Part shown: positions 34,670 through 45,746 of the stretch, one piece after another
Position numbering within the stretch: the first letter of the stretch is position 1
How the letters are laid out: each line of letters starts with the position of its first letter
Source: Gammaproteobacteria bacterium
GTDB lineage: Bacteria > Pseudomonadota > Gammaproteobacteria > Burkholderiales > SHXO01
Direction of reading: 5' to 3'
Assembly: GCA_041488255.1 (NCBI GenBank)
Contig: JBGPOV010000006.1
Coordinates: forward strand, 14,096 to 78,095
DNA: 64,000 nucleotides
The notes under the pieces: model-generated
Seen by the model: the letters and a program-made list of their open reading frames with translations, nothing else
What the model was told of the DNA's origin: nothing
The model's database searches: none
Program-made: the position numbers and the translations under genes

Positions 34670-35911
34670 ATGGCCGTCCTGCCACTGTTGGGAGTCGTCG
34701 CGGCCTTCGGCATCGCGCCGGACACGGCAACCGAGACCGTCGTTCTCCACCGGGTGATCCAAGACATGCGCCTAGTCCCCCCAGTGGAGACTGCAGCCGA
34801 GGCGTCCACCCAGTATTGGCGGGAGGAGCGGATCCAACGCGGCGATACGATCGGCTCGCTGCTGGCCCGCCTCCAGGTTACCGACCCCGACGCCATAGCG
34901 TATCTGCGCGGAGCGCGTCACGTGCGCTCCCTGTATCAGCTGGTTCCGGGCCGCAGCGTGCGCGCCGTGACCACGGACGATGGCGAGCTGGTCAAGCTAG
35001 GCTATCTCCAAGGCGACGGCACCGAGTTGATAGTGCAGAAGCGCGGGCGGGATTTCTTTGCCCGTGAACAGGCGCTGCCCACCGAGCGACGGCTGCTGAT
35101 GAGTTCGGGTGAGATTCAGTCGTCGCTGTTCACTGCAACGGATGCGGCCGGCCTCAGCGACGGCATTGCCGTGCAGCTGGCTGATGTCTTCTCGAGTCAA
35201 GTGGACTTTCACCGCGATCTGCGGCCCGGCGATCGCTTCGCCGTGGTGTTCGAGGCGTTTTATAACAACGGCGAGTTTGTGCGCAGCGGTCGCATCGTGG
35301 CAGCCGAGTTCACCAACGCAGGCCGCATCTCCCGCGCTGTCTACTACCGGGATCCGCAAGGCCGCGGCGGGTACTACACGCCCGAGGGCAAGAACATGCG
35401 CAAGAGCTTCCTGCGCTCGCCGCTCGAGTTCTCACGCGTCAGCTCCGGGTTCTCTCTCTCCCGGTTCCATCCCGTGTTGAATACCTGGCGTGCTCACAGG
35501 GGCGTCGACTACGCTGCGCCCGCGGGCACGCGGGTAAAGGCTACGGCGGATGGCTACGTGCAGTTCGTGGGACGTCAGGGTGGCTATGGGAACCTGATCG
35601 TACTGCGTCACAAGAACGAGTACAGCACTGCGTACGGACACCTGTCGGGGTACGCCAAGGGATTGCGCGTAGGGCAGCGCGTAAACCAAGGCGACGTGAT
35701 CGGCTCTGTGGGCATGACAGGCCTGGCCACCGGTCCGCATCTGCACTACGAGTTTCGCGTGAATGGCGTGCATCAGAATCCGCTCAGGCTCGCGCTCCCG
35801 CCGGGACCGCCGATCACCGCAGAACTACGGCCCGCCTTCGAGGACGGACTGCGGCCGCTGCTGGAGCAGCTGGACCTCATCCGCGGGATGAATCTAGCGG
35901 CGATCAACTGA
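34670..35911 (+). CDS. M23 family metallopeptidase (OapA/LysM-like N-region + LytM domain)
   Basis: [19 protein letters not shown], then [14 protein letters not shown], then the M23 core [20 protein letters not shown]...GNLIVLRH...YGHLS...[15 protein letters not shown]. The start is uncertain. In-frame candidates are ATG 34454, GTG 34532, ATT 34589 (6 nt after AAGGAG) and ATG 34670; the most conservative is given. Confidence 0.85.
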   Translation: MAVLPLLGVVAAFGIAPDTATETVVLHRVIQDMRLVPPVETAAEASTQYWREERIQRGDTIGSLLARLQVTDPDAIAYLRGARHVRSLYQLVPGRSVRAVTTDDGELVKLGYLQGDGTELIVQKRGRDFFAREQALPTERRLLMSSGEIQSSLFTATDAAGLSDGIAVQLADVFSSQVDFHRDLRPGDRFAVVFEAFYNNGEFVRSGRIVAAEFTNAGRISRAVYYRDPQGRGGYYTPEGKNMRKSFLRSPLEFSRVSSGFSLSRFHPVLNTWRAHRGVDYAAPAGTRVKATADGYVQFVGRQGGYGNLIVLRHKNEYSTAYGHLSGYAKGLRVGQRVNQGDVIGSVGMTGLATGPHLHYEFRVNGVHQNPLRLALPPGPPITAELRPAFEDGLRPLLEQLDLIRGMNLAAIN

Positions 35912-35930
35912 CGACTAAAATAAACAAGAA

Positions 35931-35951
35931 AGGGGCCATGTGTGGCCCCCT
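35931..35951 (-). terminator. rho-independent terminator (serves erpA; hairpin shared with convergent M23 gene)
   Basis: AGGGGCCA-tgtg-TGGCCCC(C)T forms a 7-bp GC stem. On the minus strand it is followed by TTCTTGTTTATTTT. Confidence 0.65.
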
Positions 35952-35974
35952 TCTAGTCTGGCTTGACGCCGAGA

Positions 35975-36325
35975 TCAAGCGGAAAATGACGAACCGCAGC
36001 CGCAGGTCGAGGTGGCGTTCGGGTTTTTGATCACGAACTGCGCCCCCTCGATGCCTTCCTGGTAGTCGATCTCGGCGCCCACCAGGTATTGATAGCTCAT
36101 CGGGTCGATCAACAGGGTCACCCCGTTCTTGACCATCGGAGTGTCGTCCCCGCTGATGCTCTCGTCGAAGGTAAAGCCGTATTGGAAGCCCGAGCAACCC
36201 CCGCCCGTCACGAAGACGCGCAGCTTGAGATCGGGATTGCCTTCCTCCTCGATCAACTGTTTTACCTTGTTGGCGGCGGCATCCGTGAATACCAACGGTG
36301 CCGGCATTTCGGTTACTGCGTTCAT
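35975..36325 (-). CDS. erpA: iron-sulfur cluster insertion protein (A-type carrier)
   Basis: 116 aa; [44 protein letters not shown]...[16 protein letters not shown]. Confidence 0.9.
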   Translation of the reverse strand: MNAVTEMPAPLVFTDAAANKVKQLIEEEGNPDLKLRVFVTGGGCSGFQYGFTFDESISGDDTPMVKNGVTLLIDPMSYQYLVGAEIDYQEGIEGAQFVIKNPNATSTCGCGSSFSA

Positions 36326-36362
36326 GCTTAGACTCCTGGATCAACCTACTATATTGCAAAAG

Positions 36363-36391
36363 ATTATCGGCTCCATCACAGATGGGGTCAA
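36363..36391 (-). promoter_or_regulatory. sigma70-type promoter candidate for erpA
   Basis: Minus strand reads TTGACC-17 nt-GATAAT, about 35 nt upstream of the AGGAG SD and the ATG at 36325. Confidence 0.5.
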
Positions 36392-36418
36392 CCGACGAGT
36401 AATCAACACTCCAGCGGA

Positions 36419-36826
36419 TCAGCTGCTGGGCAGGGGTTTCACCGTCATGGCCTTGGGCGCCGGGCTCTCCTCCTGATGCACCAGCCGACCCTGAACTACA
36501 GCACCGAGCTGGATTTCCAAGGTCCGATAGTGAACGTCTCCAGTGACATTGGACTTGGCCTGCAGCTCGACATACTCGGAGCCGAAGACCGGGCCAATCA
36601 CGGTCCCGTTGATCACGGCGTGGGAAACGCGGATCTCCCCTTCCACCCGGGCGCGCTCGCTGAGGACCAGGGTGCTGGGCTGGTCGTCCGCGGTCAGGAC
36701 ATTACCCTTCACGCGCCCGTCGACCCGCAACCCACCGCTGAAGATCACGTTCCCTTCGACCGTTGTGCCGTCGCCGATCAGGCTGTCTATCCGGGTCTGC
36801 GGCTTGCTCGTTTTGCCACCAAACAT
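36419..36826 (-). CDS. bactofilin (polymer-forming cytoskeletal protein, CcmA-like)
   Basis: ATG at 36826 lies 7 nt after AGGAG. Beta-helix repeats: IGDGTTVEGNVIFSGGLRVDGRVKGNV...RVEGEIRVSHAVINGTVIG...VTGDVHYRTLEIQLGAVVQGRLV. Confidence 0.85.
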   Translation of the reverse strand: MFGGKTSKPQTRIDSLIGDGTTVEGNVIFSGGLRVDGRVKGNVLTADDQPSTLVLSERARVEGEIRVSHAVINGTVIGPVFGSEYVELQAKSNVTGDVHYRTLEIQLGAVVQGRLVHQEESPAPKAMTVKPLPSS

Positions 36827-36836
36827 TCGCACTCTC

Positions 36837-37583
36837 CTAGGAAAGATTAACAGTCTGAGACGACTTGGGCGCCTCGGTGCCGTTTTCCAGCACGCGCACC
36901 TGCACGCGTTTGACCGTCGCCTCGGGGGGAACGTGGAATACGCCCTCCACCCGCTGGTAGAACTTGAAGCTCAGGTTATAGGGGTTGCCTTTCTCGCCCT
37001 CGCGCGGAAAGACCAGCACTTGCGTATCGCCGTCCTGCTCTAAATCCACCACCAGCTGCAGCTTCCCCTGGAACTCTCGGCTGCGCGTGCGCGCCTGCAC
37101 CACCAGCAGCTGGTAGCGATACTCGCCTGGCAGCGCGTCGGGACGCACGCGGAAGCGGTTGATGCTGATGCCAGCGGCGGACTCCCCACTCGTGGTCATC
37201 AGGGTCTGAAAGAAAGCCAGATCTTCCTTGAGCAACGCGTTCTCGTCGGTAAGCGTCTTCATCTGGCTGGCCAGATTCCCATGAGTGGCGTGCTCGATCT
37301 GCATCTGGCGCTCCGTGGCCGCGAGCTGGCTGCGCAGCTCCGCATTTTCGTCCCGCAGATGGGTCACCTCTTCGCTCAGCCGCTCCTGCTCAGCCGCTGC
37401 CTGGCTGCTCTGGAACCCGGCCAGGTTGCGGCCGGCATCGTAGGTAAACCAAGCCACGCCCAACATGGCACCTAGGGCCACCGAGATCAGGCCCCAACGC
37501 AGGTACCAGGGGGCCTGCGTGTGGACGGCGACGCGCGGGGCGGCGATGCCAAACCGGCGCTTCAGCTGTCGGATCACCGTCAC
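36837..37583 (-). CDS. membrane-anchored coiled-coil protein (DUF6776-like), bactofilin-associated
   Basis: GTG start overlaps the argC stop (GTGA). One TM ([23 protein letters not shown]), a coiled coil ([31 protein letters not shown]) and a beta-rich C-terminal half. The family name is from memory. Confidence 0.6.
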   Translation of the reverse strand: MTVIRQLKRRFGIAAPRVAVHTQAPWYLRWGLISVALGAMLGVAWFTYDAGRNLAGFQSSQAAAEQERLSEEVTHLRDENAELRSQLAATERQMQIEHATHGNLASQMKTLTDENALLKEDLAFFQTLMTTSGESAAGISINRFRVRPDALPGEYRYQLLVVQARTRSREFQGKLQLVVDLEQDGDTQVLVFPREGEKGNPYNLSFKFYQRVEGVFHVPPEATVKRVQVRVLENGTEAPKSSQTVNLS

Positions 37584-38608
37584 GGCAAAAGCGCGAGCAT
37601 TTCCAGTCCCTTTGTCTCAGGCAGTCCGAACATGATGTTCATGCACTGCACCGCTTGGCCGGAAGCTCCCTTCACCAAGTTGTCGATCACAGCCAGCACG
37701 ACGACGATGTCCCCGCTCCCAGGACGATGCACAGCTATGCGGCACTCGTTGGCACCCCGGACCGAGCGCGTGTCCGGCTGGCTGCCCGCCGGCAGCACGT
37801 CGACGAAGGGCTCCTGCCCGAAGCGCCGCTCGAACAGCGACTGCGCATCTACCTCCTGCGTCATCCTAGCGTACAGCGTCGCGTGAATCCCGCGGATCAT
37901 GGGCGCTAGATGCGGAATGAAGGTAACGCCGACCTGGCGCCGTGCGGCCCGCGCGAGCCCCTGCAAGATCTCTGGAAGGTGCCGGTGACCGGCCACGCCA
38001 TAGGCCTTGAAGTTATCGGCGGCCTCGGAGAAAAGTGTATGCACCTCCGCCTTGCGGCCCGCACCGCTCACCCCTGACTTCGCATCCGCGATCAGGTGAC
38101 CAGCGTCCACAACCCCGGCCTCGACCAGCGGCAGAAAGCCAAGCAGGACCACTGTGGCGTAACAGCCCGGAGCCCCCACCACCCGGGCGCGCCGGATCTG
38201 CTCCCGATTCATCTCCGGCAAGCCATAGACCGCCTCCTCGGCCAGCTGGGGACAGGTATGCGGCATGCCATACCACTTCTGCCATTCAACCAGATCTTTC
38301 AGCCGGAAATCCGCCGCCAGGTCGATCACGCGCACTCCGACTTCGACCAGCCGTGGCGCCTGCTCCATGGCCACACCCCGGGGGGTAGCGAAGAACACCA
38401 CATCACAATGCGAAAGGTCAGCCGCAGCCGGGTCCGAAAACCTCAGGTCGACACGCCCCCGCAGGCTGGGAAATAGATCCGCAACCGGCATACCAGCCTC
38501 CTTACGGGAAGTGATCGCAGTGAGCTCGACCTCGGTGTGGCGGGCGAGAATTCTCAAGAGTTCTACCCCCGCGTAGCCTGTTCCCCCCACGATACCGACC
38601 TTGAGCAT
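37580..38608 (-). CDS. argC: N-acetyl-gamma-glutamyl-phosphate reductase
   Basis: [21 protein letters not shown]...GAPGCYAT...[21 protein letters not shown]. Confidence 0.95.
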   Translation of the reverse strand: MLKVGIVGGTGYAGVELLRILARHTEVELTAITSRKEAGMPVADLFPSLRGRVDLRFSDPAAADLSHCDVVFFATPRGVAMEQAPRLVEVGVRVIDLAADFRLKDLVEWQKWYGMPHTCPQLAEEAVYGLPEMNREQIRRARVVGAPGCYATVVLLGFLPLVEAGVVDAGHLIADAKSGVSGAGRKAEVHTLFSEAADNFKAYGVAGHRHLPEILQGLARAARRQVGVTFIPHLAPMIRGIHATLYARMTQEVDAQSLFERRFGQEPFVDVLPAGSQPDTRSVRGANECRIAVHRPGSGDIVVVLAVIDNLVKGASGQAVQCMNIMFGLPETKGLEMLALLP

Positions 38609-38691
38609 TATCCAATATTCCCTTTAATCAATCTGTTATAGGTCAACCTTCATGCCGCATCATAAACCCAAACGGGCCATGCATGGGCAAC

Positions 38692-38720
38692 AAAAAAGCC
38701 GCCCCGCAGGCGGCTTTTTT
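38692..38720 (-). terminator. rho-independent terminator after rpsI
   Basis: AAAAAAGCCGCC-ccgca-GGCGGCTTTTTT is a perfect GC stem flanked by A- and T-runs (bidirectional shape), 17 nt downstream of the rpsI stop. Confidence 0.85.
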
Positions 38721-38736
38721 GGTCTCGAGCACCGGG

Positions 38737-39132
38737 TTAGCGTTTCGAGAACTGTTTGCGCCGGCGGGCCTTATGTAAACCGACCTTCTTGCGTTCTACC
38801 TCTCGCGCGTCGCGCCTCACAAGGCCCGCCTTCTTCAGAACCGGCTTGAGGGCCGCATCGTAGTTGATCAGTGCGCGGGTAATACCATGACGCACCGCAC
38901 CGGCCTGGCCTGATTCGCCGCCGCCCTGGACATTTACGGAGATATCGAAAGTGGTCAGGTGGTTTGCGAGGGTCAGCGGCTGGCGCACGATCATGCGGCC
39001 GGTCTCCCGCGAAAAGAAGTCGTCAACAGGCTTGCCGTTGACCGCGATCTGGCCCTTTCCGGGCCGAAGGAAGACGCGCGCTACGGCGCTTTTGCGGCGG
39101 CCGGTCCCATAATAGTGCTGCTGAGTTGCCAT
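38737..39132 (-). CDS. rpsI: 30S ribosomal protein S9
   Basis: ATG at 39132; [27 protein letters not shown]...[19 protein letters not shown]...[18 protein letters not shown]. Confidence 0.97.
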   Translation of the reverse strand: MATQQHYYGTGRRKSAVARVFLRPGKGQIAVNGKPVDDFFSRETGRMIVRQPLTLANHLTTFDISVNVQGGGESGQAGAVRHGITRALINYDAALKPVLKKAGLVRRDAREVERKKVGLHKARRRKQFSKR

Positions 39133-39178
39133 GCTCACATCCTGGACGCGGTAGAGCCTTTAGGTTACGGGGTCCCTA

Positions 39179-39616
39179 TTAGTTGCTGGTTAGATTGAGT
39201 TCCTGGGGTTGCTGAGCCTGGTGGGGATGTTCCGGCCCTGCGTACACCTTGAGCTTGCGATACATCGTACTGCCCAGCGGCCCCTTGGGCAGCATGCCCT
39301 TGACGGCCTTTTCTATGATACGGGTCGGGAATTTCGCCTGCAGCTTGGCAAAGGTCGTAGTCTTGAGCCCGCCCGCATACTGGCTGTGCCGGTAATAAAG
39401 TTTGCTTTCGGGTTTGCGGCCGGTCACGCGCACTTTCTCAGCGTTGATCACAACAATGTAGTCGCCTGTGTCCACATGGGGCGTGAACTCTGCTTTGTGC
39501 TTCCCACGCAAGCGTCTCGCGATCTCGACGGCCAAGCGGCCGAGCACCTTGTCGGTTGCGTCGATCAAATACCAGTCGCGCTTGACCTCGTGGGGCTTGG
39601 CCGAAAAGGTCTTCAT
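39179..39616 (-). CDS. rplM: 50S ribosomal protein L13
   Basis: [62 protein letters not shown]. Confidence 0.97.
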   Translation of the reverse strand: MKTFSAKPHEVKRDWYLIDATDKVLGRLAVEIARRLRGKHKAEFTPHVDTGDYIVVINAEKVRVTGRKPESKLYYRHSQYAGGLKTTTFAKLQAKFPTRIIEKAVKGMLPKGPLGSTMYRKLKVYAGPEHPHQAQQPQELNLTSN

Positions 39617-39682
39617 GAAAAAATCGCTTGATTCCCAAGGTTCTGGACCGAAGAAAGGGTCCCGATCGAAACGAAGGGGGGC

Positions 39683-39712
39683 ATCTTAGCGGCAACGATT
39701 AGTGTCTGTCAA
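39683..39712 (-). promoter_or_regulatory. sigma70-type promoter candidate for rplM-rpsI
   Basis: Minus strand reads TTGACA-18 nt-TAAGAT, about 65 nt upstream of the rplM ATG. Confidence 0.5.
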
Positions 39713-39855
39713 ACAAGCGGATTTGATCTCCGGCGCCGGCCCCGAAGCCGGTGCGGGTTATTCCGAATGGGAGTCCAGAAGCCGTTCCAGGATATAATTT
39801 TGCTTTGCATCAACCGCCTTTTACCCGCTTTTCCGCGGCTGCCGCCGCGCACCTC

Positions 39856-41046
<1,191 letters not shown>

Positions 41047-41068
41047 CGCCGCGTGCGGTGGGCCGCAG

Positions 41069-41824
41069 CTATTCCTTCTGGAGCTCGGACTCCGGGTTGT
41101 CCGGGCGCGCGATGAAGGAGGCCACTACCAGGCCCACCTCGTACAGCAGACACAGTGGCAGCGCCAGCAGGATCTGGGATGTGACGTCGGGCGGCGTGAC
41201 AACCGCAGCCACGATGAAGGCGCCCACGACCACGTACGGACGGACGTGCCTCAGCTTCTCGACCGAAACGACGCCCATCCTGACCAGCAGAATCACTACG
41301 ATCGGCACTTCGAAGGTAACGCCGAAAGCCAGGAACATGTTGATCACAAAGCTGAGGTAGGTGCCGATGTCTGGCATCCACTCCACGCCGGCTGGGGTGA
41401 AGGCTTGCATCACTCGGAACACGGTCGGGAAAACCAGAAAGTAAGCAAAGGCCATCCCGCACACGAACAGGAGCGTGCTCGCGATCACCAGCGGGGCAAC
41501 CAGGCGCTTTTCGTGCGCGTACAGCCCGGGCGCGACAAATGCCCATACCTGGTAGAGCAGGAATGGCAGCGAAACGACCACCGCCGCGAGAAAAGTGACC
41601 TTGAACGGGATGAAGAACGGGGAGGTGATCTCGGTGGCGATCATGCGCCCGCCCTTGGGAAGCTGTGCGAGCATCGGCTCCGAAACCAGATGATAGATGT
41701 CCTTCGCCCAGGGGACCAGACAAACAAACACCACGAGCACCGCAATGACAGACCAGAGCAAGCGGTTACGCAGTTCGACCAGGTGGGACAGGAAACCCTC
41801 TTGTCCCTGCTCGTTCTCGCTCAC
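41069..41824 (-). CDS. tatC: twin-arginine translocase subunit TatC
   Basis: GTG start; FLSHLVELRNRLLWSVIAVLV...FLLYQVWAFVAPGLYAHEKR...TPPDVTSQILLALPLCLLYE. Confidence 0.95.
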   Translation of the reverse strand: MSENEQGQEGFLSHLVELRNRLLWSVIAVLVVFVCLVPWAKDIYHLVSEPMLAQLPKGGRMIATEITSPFFIPFKVTFLAAVVVSLPFLLYQVWAFVAPGLYAHEKRLVAPLVIASTLLFVCGMAFAYFLVFPTVFRVMQAFTPAGVEWMPDIGTYLSFVINMFLAFGVTFEVPIVVILLVRMGVVSVEKLRHVRPYVVVGAFIVAAVVTPPDVTSQILLALPLCLLYEVGLVVASFIARPDNPESELQKE

Positions 41825-41883
41825 GGTTTCACAGCAAAGGAAGGGGCCGCCGGAAATAGGCTCGCGCGCACGGACGTGACCGG

Positions 41884-42489
41884 CTACGTCTGTCCGCGTG
41901 TAGTAGGCTCAACGCCGGCGTCCAGGCCTAGCTCGAGCTGCGGCGAAAGATTTTCGTTCTCGCCGCGCTGCACACCTGCCCCCGCTATCGGCGGAGACTC
42001 GACTCGGGGCATAACAGGCAGTGGGCTCGGGCTGTCTGTCGCAGGAAGCAGAGCCGGTGAAACGCCCGCCTGCGACGCGGAGCCGTCTAACTGCCCGCCG
42101 TGGTCCGGTCCGGGCAAAGCCGTGCCCATGTGCGGCGTCGGCGTATCGAAGACCGCTTGCTTGAGCTCGTCCTCGGTCTTCTTGAGTTCGGCGCCCGTGC
42201 CCTCGAGCGCAGCTTGAGCGTCCCGGAACTCTTTCTGCGCGTCCTCCATGCCGGTCTTCACGCTGTGCTCGATCGAGCGCGCGGCGTCCTCCACGGAGGA
42301 CTGCAGCTTCTTGAGTTCGGCCAGCTCCATCTCGCGGCTGATGTCAGCCTTCACTTCGGCGACGTAGCGCTGAAAGCGGCCGAGCAGGTGGCCGGCGGTG
42401 CGTGCGACGCGTGGCAGACGCTCGGGCCCGATCACGATCAGCGCCACTACGCCGATGACGACTAGCTCGGAGAAGCCGATGTCGAGCAT
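41884..42489 (-). CDS. tatB: twin-arginine translocase subunit TatB
   Basis: MLDIGFSELVVIGVVALIVIGPERLPRVARTAGHLLGRFQRYV, followed by a long acidic/Pro-rich tail. Confidence 0.9.
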   Translation of the reverse strand: MLDIGFSELVVIGVVALIVIGPERLPRVARTAGHLLGRFQRYVAEVKADISREMELAELKKLQSSVEDAARSIEHSVKTGMEDAQKEFRDAQAALEGTGAELKKTEDELKQAVFDTPTPHMGTALPGPDHGGQLDGSASQAGVSPALLPATDSPSPLPVMPRVESPPIAGAGVQRGENENLSPQLELGLDAGVEPTTRGQT

Positions 42490-42520
42490 GTGAAGGCGCT
42501 GCGGCCGAGGCGGATAGGGA

Positions 42521-42754
42521 CTACGAATGCGTCTTGTCCTTGACTTCCCCCTCCATGGTCTGCCCGGTGTTCGGAGGCTCGAGCTTGGCCGCGACCGAGG
42601 GCTCCGCCTTGTCCTCCTCGGTCTTCATCCCTTCCTTGAACCCCTTGACCGCGCCGCCCAGGTCAGCACCCAGGTTGCGCAGCTTCTTGGTGCCGAAGAT
42701 CAACACGACCACCACCAGCACGATCAACCAGTGCCAGATGCTAAATGAGCCCAT
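42521..42754 (-). CDS. tatA: twin-arginine translocase subunit TatA
   Basis: [43 protein letters not shown]. Confidence 0.95.
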   Translation of the reverse strand: MGSFSIWHWLIVLVVVVLIFGTKKLRNLGADLGGAVKGFKEGMKTEEDKAEPSVAAKLEPPNTGQTMEGEVKDKTHS

Positions 42755-42808
42755 CTCTCGCTCCTCTTGGATCCAATCAATTCCCGGCGCGCTTCGGCTG
42801 CCTACCGC

Positions 42809-43171
42809 TCAACTTCTGGAGCGCGGCAGCATGGAACCCAGCGGCTCCCCGCCTCCGATGATGTGCAGGTGGACATGGTCGACTTCCTGCCGTCCTACGC
42901 GGCCGGTGTTCACGATCAGCCGGAAGCCGTCCTTGGCCCCCTGCTCGCGGGCCAGCTTCGGTGCCAGCACCATTATCTTTCCGAACAAGTCCCGGTGCCC
43001 ATCCGCTAGGTCCATCATCGAGGCGATGTGCCCTTTGGGAACGATCAAGAAGTGCACTGGCGCCAGCGGGTTGATGTCGTGGAACGCTAACACCTCCTGG
43101 TCCTCGTACACTGTGCGCGAGGGGATCTCCCCCCGCACGATCCGGCAGAAAATGCAGTTCGCGTCTTGCAT
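42809..43171 (-). CDS. histidine triad (HIT) nucleotide-binding protein
   Basis: ATG at 43171 gives 120 aa: MQDANCIFCRIVRGEIPSRTVYEDQEVLAFHDINPLAPVHFLIVPKGH...VDHVHLHIIGG. Confidence 0.9.
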   Translation of the reverse strand: MQDANCIFCRIVRGEIPSRTVYEDQEVLAFHDINPLAPVHFLIVPKGHIASMMDLADGHRDLFGKIMVLAPKLAREQGAKDGFRLIVNTGRVGRQEVDHVHLHIIGGGEPLGSMLPRSRS

Positions 43172-43277
43172 GCGGGTCGGCGCTAGTTCCAGGGCGCGGT
43201 TTGTGTCAGCCGACAGCCCGCCCATCGGGCCGGCATGACGCAACGGTCAGCCCGCAGCGAACGGCTACCCGACGCGG

Positions 43278-43601
43278 TCAGTCCCGGCGGGAGGCCTTCT
43301 CGTCGATGCCGGAGATCCCCTCGCGCCGACGCAATTCAGCCAGCACATCGTTGGGCCCCAGCCCGTGGAAGCTCAACATCACCATGGTGTGAAACCAAAG
43401 GTCGGCGGTTTCCCGCACGATCTGCAGTTTATCACCGTCCTTCGCCGCCAGCAGTGTCTCCGCCGCCTCTTCCCCGATCTTCTTGAGGATGGCGTCGTTG
43501 CCCATCGCCAGCAGCCGCGCGACGTAAGACGAGGTCGGGTCAGCGACCTTGCGCGATTCGATTGTCTGCGCCAGGCGGTTGAGGATGGAAGCATCGATCA
43601 T
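43278..43601 (-). CDS. hisE: phosphoribosyl-ATP pyrophosphatase
   Basis: [34 protein letters not shown]...[13 protein letters not shown]. Confidence 0.93.
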   Translation of the reverse strand: MIDASILNRLAQTIESRKVADPTSSYVARLLAMGNDAILKKIGEEAAETLLAAKDGDKLQIVRETADLWFHTMVMLSFHGLGPNDVLAELRRREGISGIDEKASRRD

Positions 43602-43627
43602 TTAGGTCTCCCCGGCCGCTGACCGCC

Positions 43628-44035
43628 TCAGGTTGGATAGATCTCGTCCGGGTGTTTCAACATCGGATCGGTCACCACCCAGCGGCCCTTCTCGTAGCGA
43701 CGAAAGAAGCAGCGTTCGCGGCCGGTGTGGCAGGCGATCCCTCCCTGCTGCTCCACGCTGACCAGGACCGCATCGCCGTCGCAATCCAGCCGCAGCTCTC
43801 TGACTTTCTGCAGGTGGCCGGACTGCTCGCCCTTACGCCACAGCCGCTGGCGCGAGCGAGACCAATAGTGCACCTCGCCGGTTTCGACGGTGAGCGCCAG
43901 CGCCTGGCGGTTCATCCACGCGAACATCAGAACGCGGCCGGTTATGGCGTCCTGGGCAATTGCTGGCACAATCCCCTCGGCCGACCAGGCGATCTCGTCC
44001 ATCCAGTCCTTCTCCCGTTCCTGTTTCGCGCTCAT
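43628..44035 (-). CDS. hisI: phosphoribosyl-AMP cyclohydrolase
   Basis: ATG at 44035 gives 135 aa: ...[58 protein letters not shown]...[28 protein letters not shown]. The upstream part of the track ORF lies in the repeat array. Confidence 0.93.
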   Translation of the reverse strand: MSAKQEREKDWMDEIAWSAEGIVPAIAQDAITGRVLMFAWMNRQALALTVETGEVHYWSRSRQRLWRKGEQSGHLQKVRELRLDCDGDAVLVSVEQQGGIACHTGRERCFFRRYEKGRWVVTDPMLKHPDEIYPT

Positions 44036-44080
44036 GGTAGCGCCTCTCCGGCTGATGCTGTCACGCTGGTTACCTCGGTG

Positions 44081-44877
44081 GCTCATGCGGCCGCCTCCGC
44101 GGGCGCGTCGGAGGGCGGAAGAGGGGCCCCAGCTTGCTGGGGATGCGCGTCGCAGCGTGGAAGCCGTGTCCCTGCTCCGCGTTCCACCGGCCCCCGGACT
44201 CGGTCTCTCGAAGAGTTGCCCGGCTCCCGACGTGCCGAAGGCTGGGGGCGGAGTCCGGGCAGAGCGAGCGCATCCCGCAACGCCGTGCCGGGCAAGCTTC
44301 GCGCTCCTGCAAACGGGCCTGCGGCGAACGGATCGCGCTCGCGCGGGCAGGGGCGCTGAAGGCCGCATGTGACTTCGTCTGCTCGGGTCGCCACGCGGCC
44401 ACTCCGCCCCAAGCTTGCGCCCGCCGGGAGCGGCCGCACCCCGCAGACGCGCGAGGGCTGCGGTCGACGCGCCTTGCCCGGCCCCTGCTCCGCGTTGCGC
44501 CGGCCCCTGCTCGGGAGCTCATGCGGCCGCCTCTTCGAGCGGGTCGCACAGCATCGTGCGTCGGCGGCTGCGCGCACTCGCCTTGCTCGCATCCCCGCGC
44601 AAGCGCGGGCGCGTCGAAGGGCGGAACAGGGTTCCCTTTGGGATGTGACCCCGCAGACGCGCGAGGGCCGGCGGGCGACGCGCCTTGGCCGGCTCCACGG
44701 TCGCATCCCCACAAGTGGGGCCCCTGCTCCGCCTTGCGCCGGCCCCTGCTCGGGGGCTCATGCGGCCGCCTCTTCGAGCAGCAGCGGGTCGCACAGCACC
44801 GTGCGTCGGCGGCTGCGCGCACTCGCCTTGCTCGCATCCCCGCGCAAGCGCGGGGCCCCTGCTCGGGGGCTCATGCG
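44081..44877. repeat. degenerate tandem-repeat / REP-like hairpin array in the hisF-hisI spacer
   Basis: - GCTCATGCG, the hisF stop context, occurs at 44081, 44517, 44756 and 44869.
- GGCCCCTGCTCGGG(G/A)GCTCATGCG occurs three times.
- Units at 44517-44609 and 44756-44854 are near-identical (one 6-nt indel, one mismatch; period 239 bp).
- A second block, CCCCGCAGACGCGCGAGGGC..., occurs at 44439 and 44649.
- Hairpins: CCCCAGCttGCTGGGG (44127-44142), CCCCGCGCaaGCGCGGG (44593-44609), CCCCACaaGTGGGG (44707-44720) and CCCCGCGCaaGCGCGGGG (44838-44855).
- Three of the hairpins are preceded by TCGCAT, and one is followed by the inverted form ATGCGC. Confidence 0.9.
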
Positions 44878-45641
44878 CGCACCTCGATTCCGCGTGCAGC
44901 CATGTACTCCTTGGCCTGACGTACGGTGTACTCGCCATAGTGGAAGATACTCGCGGCCAGTACCGCATCCGCGTGCCCCTGAACCACCCCTTCAACCAAG
45001 TGCTCCAGGCTGCCAACGCCACCGCTGGCGATGATCGGGACCTCGAGCGCATCGGAAAAGGCGCGAGTGAGCTCGAGGTCGAACCCGTGGCGCGTGCCGT
45101 CGCGGTCCATGCTCGTGAGCAGGATCTCGCCCGCACCCAGCTGCTGCACGCGGCGGCCCCAGTCTAGCGCATCCAACCCTGTTGGACGGCGCCCCCCGTG
45201 AGTGAACACCTCCCAGCGGGGGAAATCCGAGCTCGCCACGCGTTTGGCGTCGATTGCGACCACGATGCACTGGGAGCCGACCTTGCCGCTGGCGCGTACG
45301 ACTAGCTCGGGTTGGAGCACCGCCGCCGTATTGATGCTCACCTTGTCGGCCCCGGCATTGAGGAGATCTCTCACATCATCCACCGAGCGCACCCCGCCGC
45401 CGACGGTGAGCGGGATGAACACCTGCGCCGCAACACCCTCGATGATGCCCAGGATCAAACCGCGCTCGTCCGAGCTGGCGGTGATGTCGAGAAAGCACAG
45501 CTCATCGGCGCCCTGCTCGTCATAGCGGCGCGCGATCTCGACCGGGTCGCCGGCATCGCGCAGCCCGACGAAGTTCACACCCTTCACCACGCGCCCGCTG
45601 GTTACGTCCAGGCAGGGGATGATGCGCTTGGCCAGACCCAT
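44871..45641 (-). CDS. hisF: imidazole glycerol phosphate synthase, cyclase subunit
   Basis: [56 protein letters not shown]... Confidence 0.97.
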   Translation of the reverse strand: MGLAKRIIPCLDVTSGRVVKGVNFVGLRDAGDPVEIARRYDEQGADELCFLDITASSDERGLILGIIEGVAAQVFIPLTVGGGVRSVDDVRDLLNAGADKVSINTAAVLQPELVVRASGKVGSQCIVVAIDAKRVASSDFPRWEVFTHGGRRPTGLDALDWGRRVQQLGAGEILLTSMDRDGTRHGFDLELTRAFSDALEVPIIASGGVGSLEHLVEGVVQGHADAVLAASIFHYGEYTVRQAKEYMAARGIEVRA

Positions 45642-45746
45642 GGCTGCGTTACTCGCGACTCGCGAACCTTGTCAAGAAGACCGTCTGTGCAACGGGGTTA
45701 GTGGCGAGATCTCGTGCTTGCGATCGGAAGAGGGTCGGCTGACCGA

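Noticed and set aside
44070-44837. ORFs of 160-261 aa across the hisF-hisI spacer (44070-44837-, 44083-44712-, 44134-44919+, 44369-45034+, 44519-45136-).
   Set aside because: They simply translate the tandem repeats (recurring ...RRPHEPPSRGRR..., ...[12 protein letters not shown]...). Several frames are open at once and I see no SD or family resemblance, so I treated the region as non-coding repeat DNA.
44081-44877. Possibility that the repeat array is a CRISPR array.
   Set aside because: The units are ~110-240 bp and degenerate, with no short uniform repeat alternating with unique spacers. There are no cas genes in the window.
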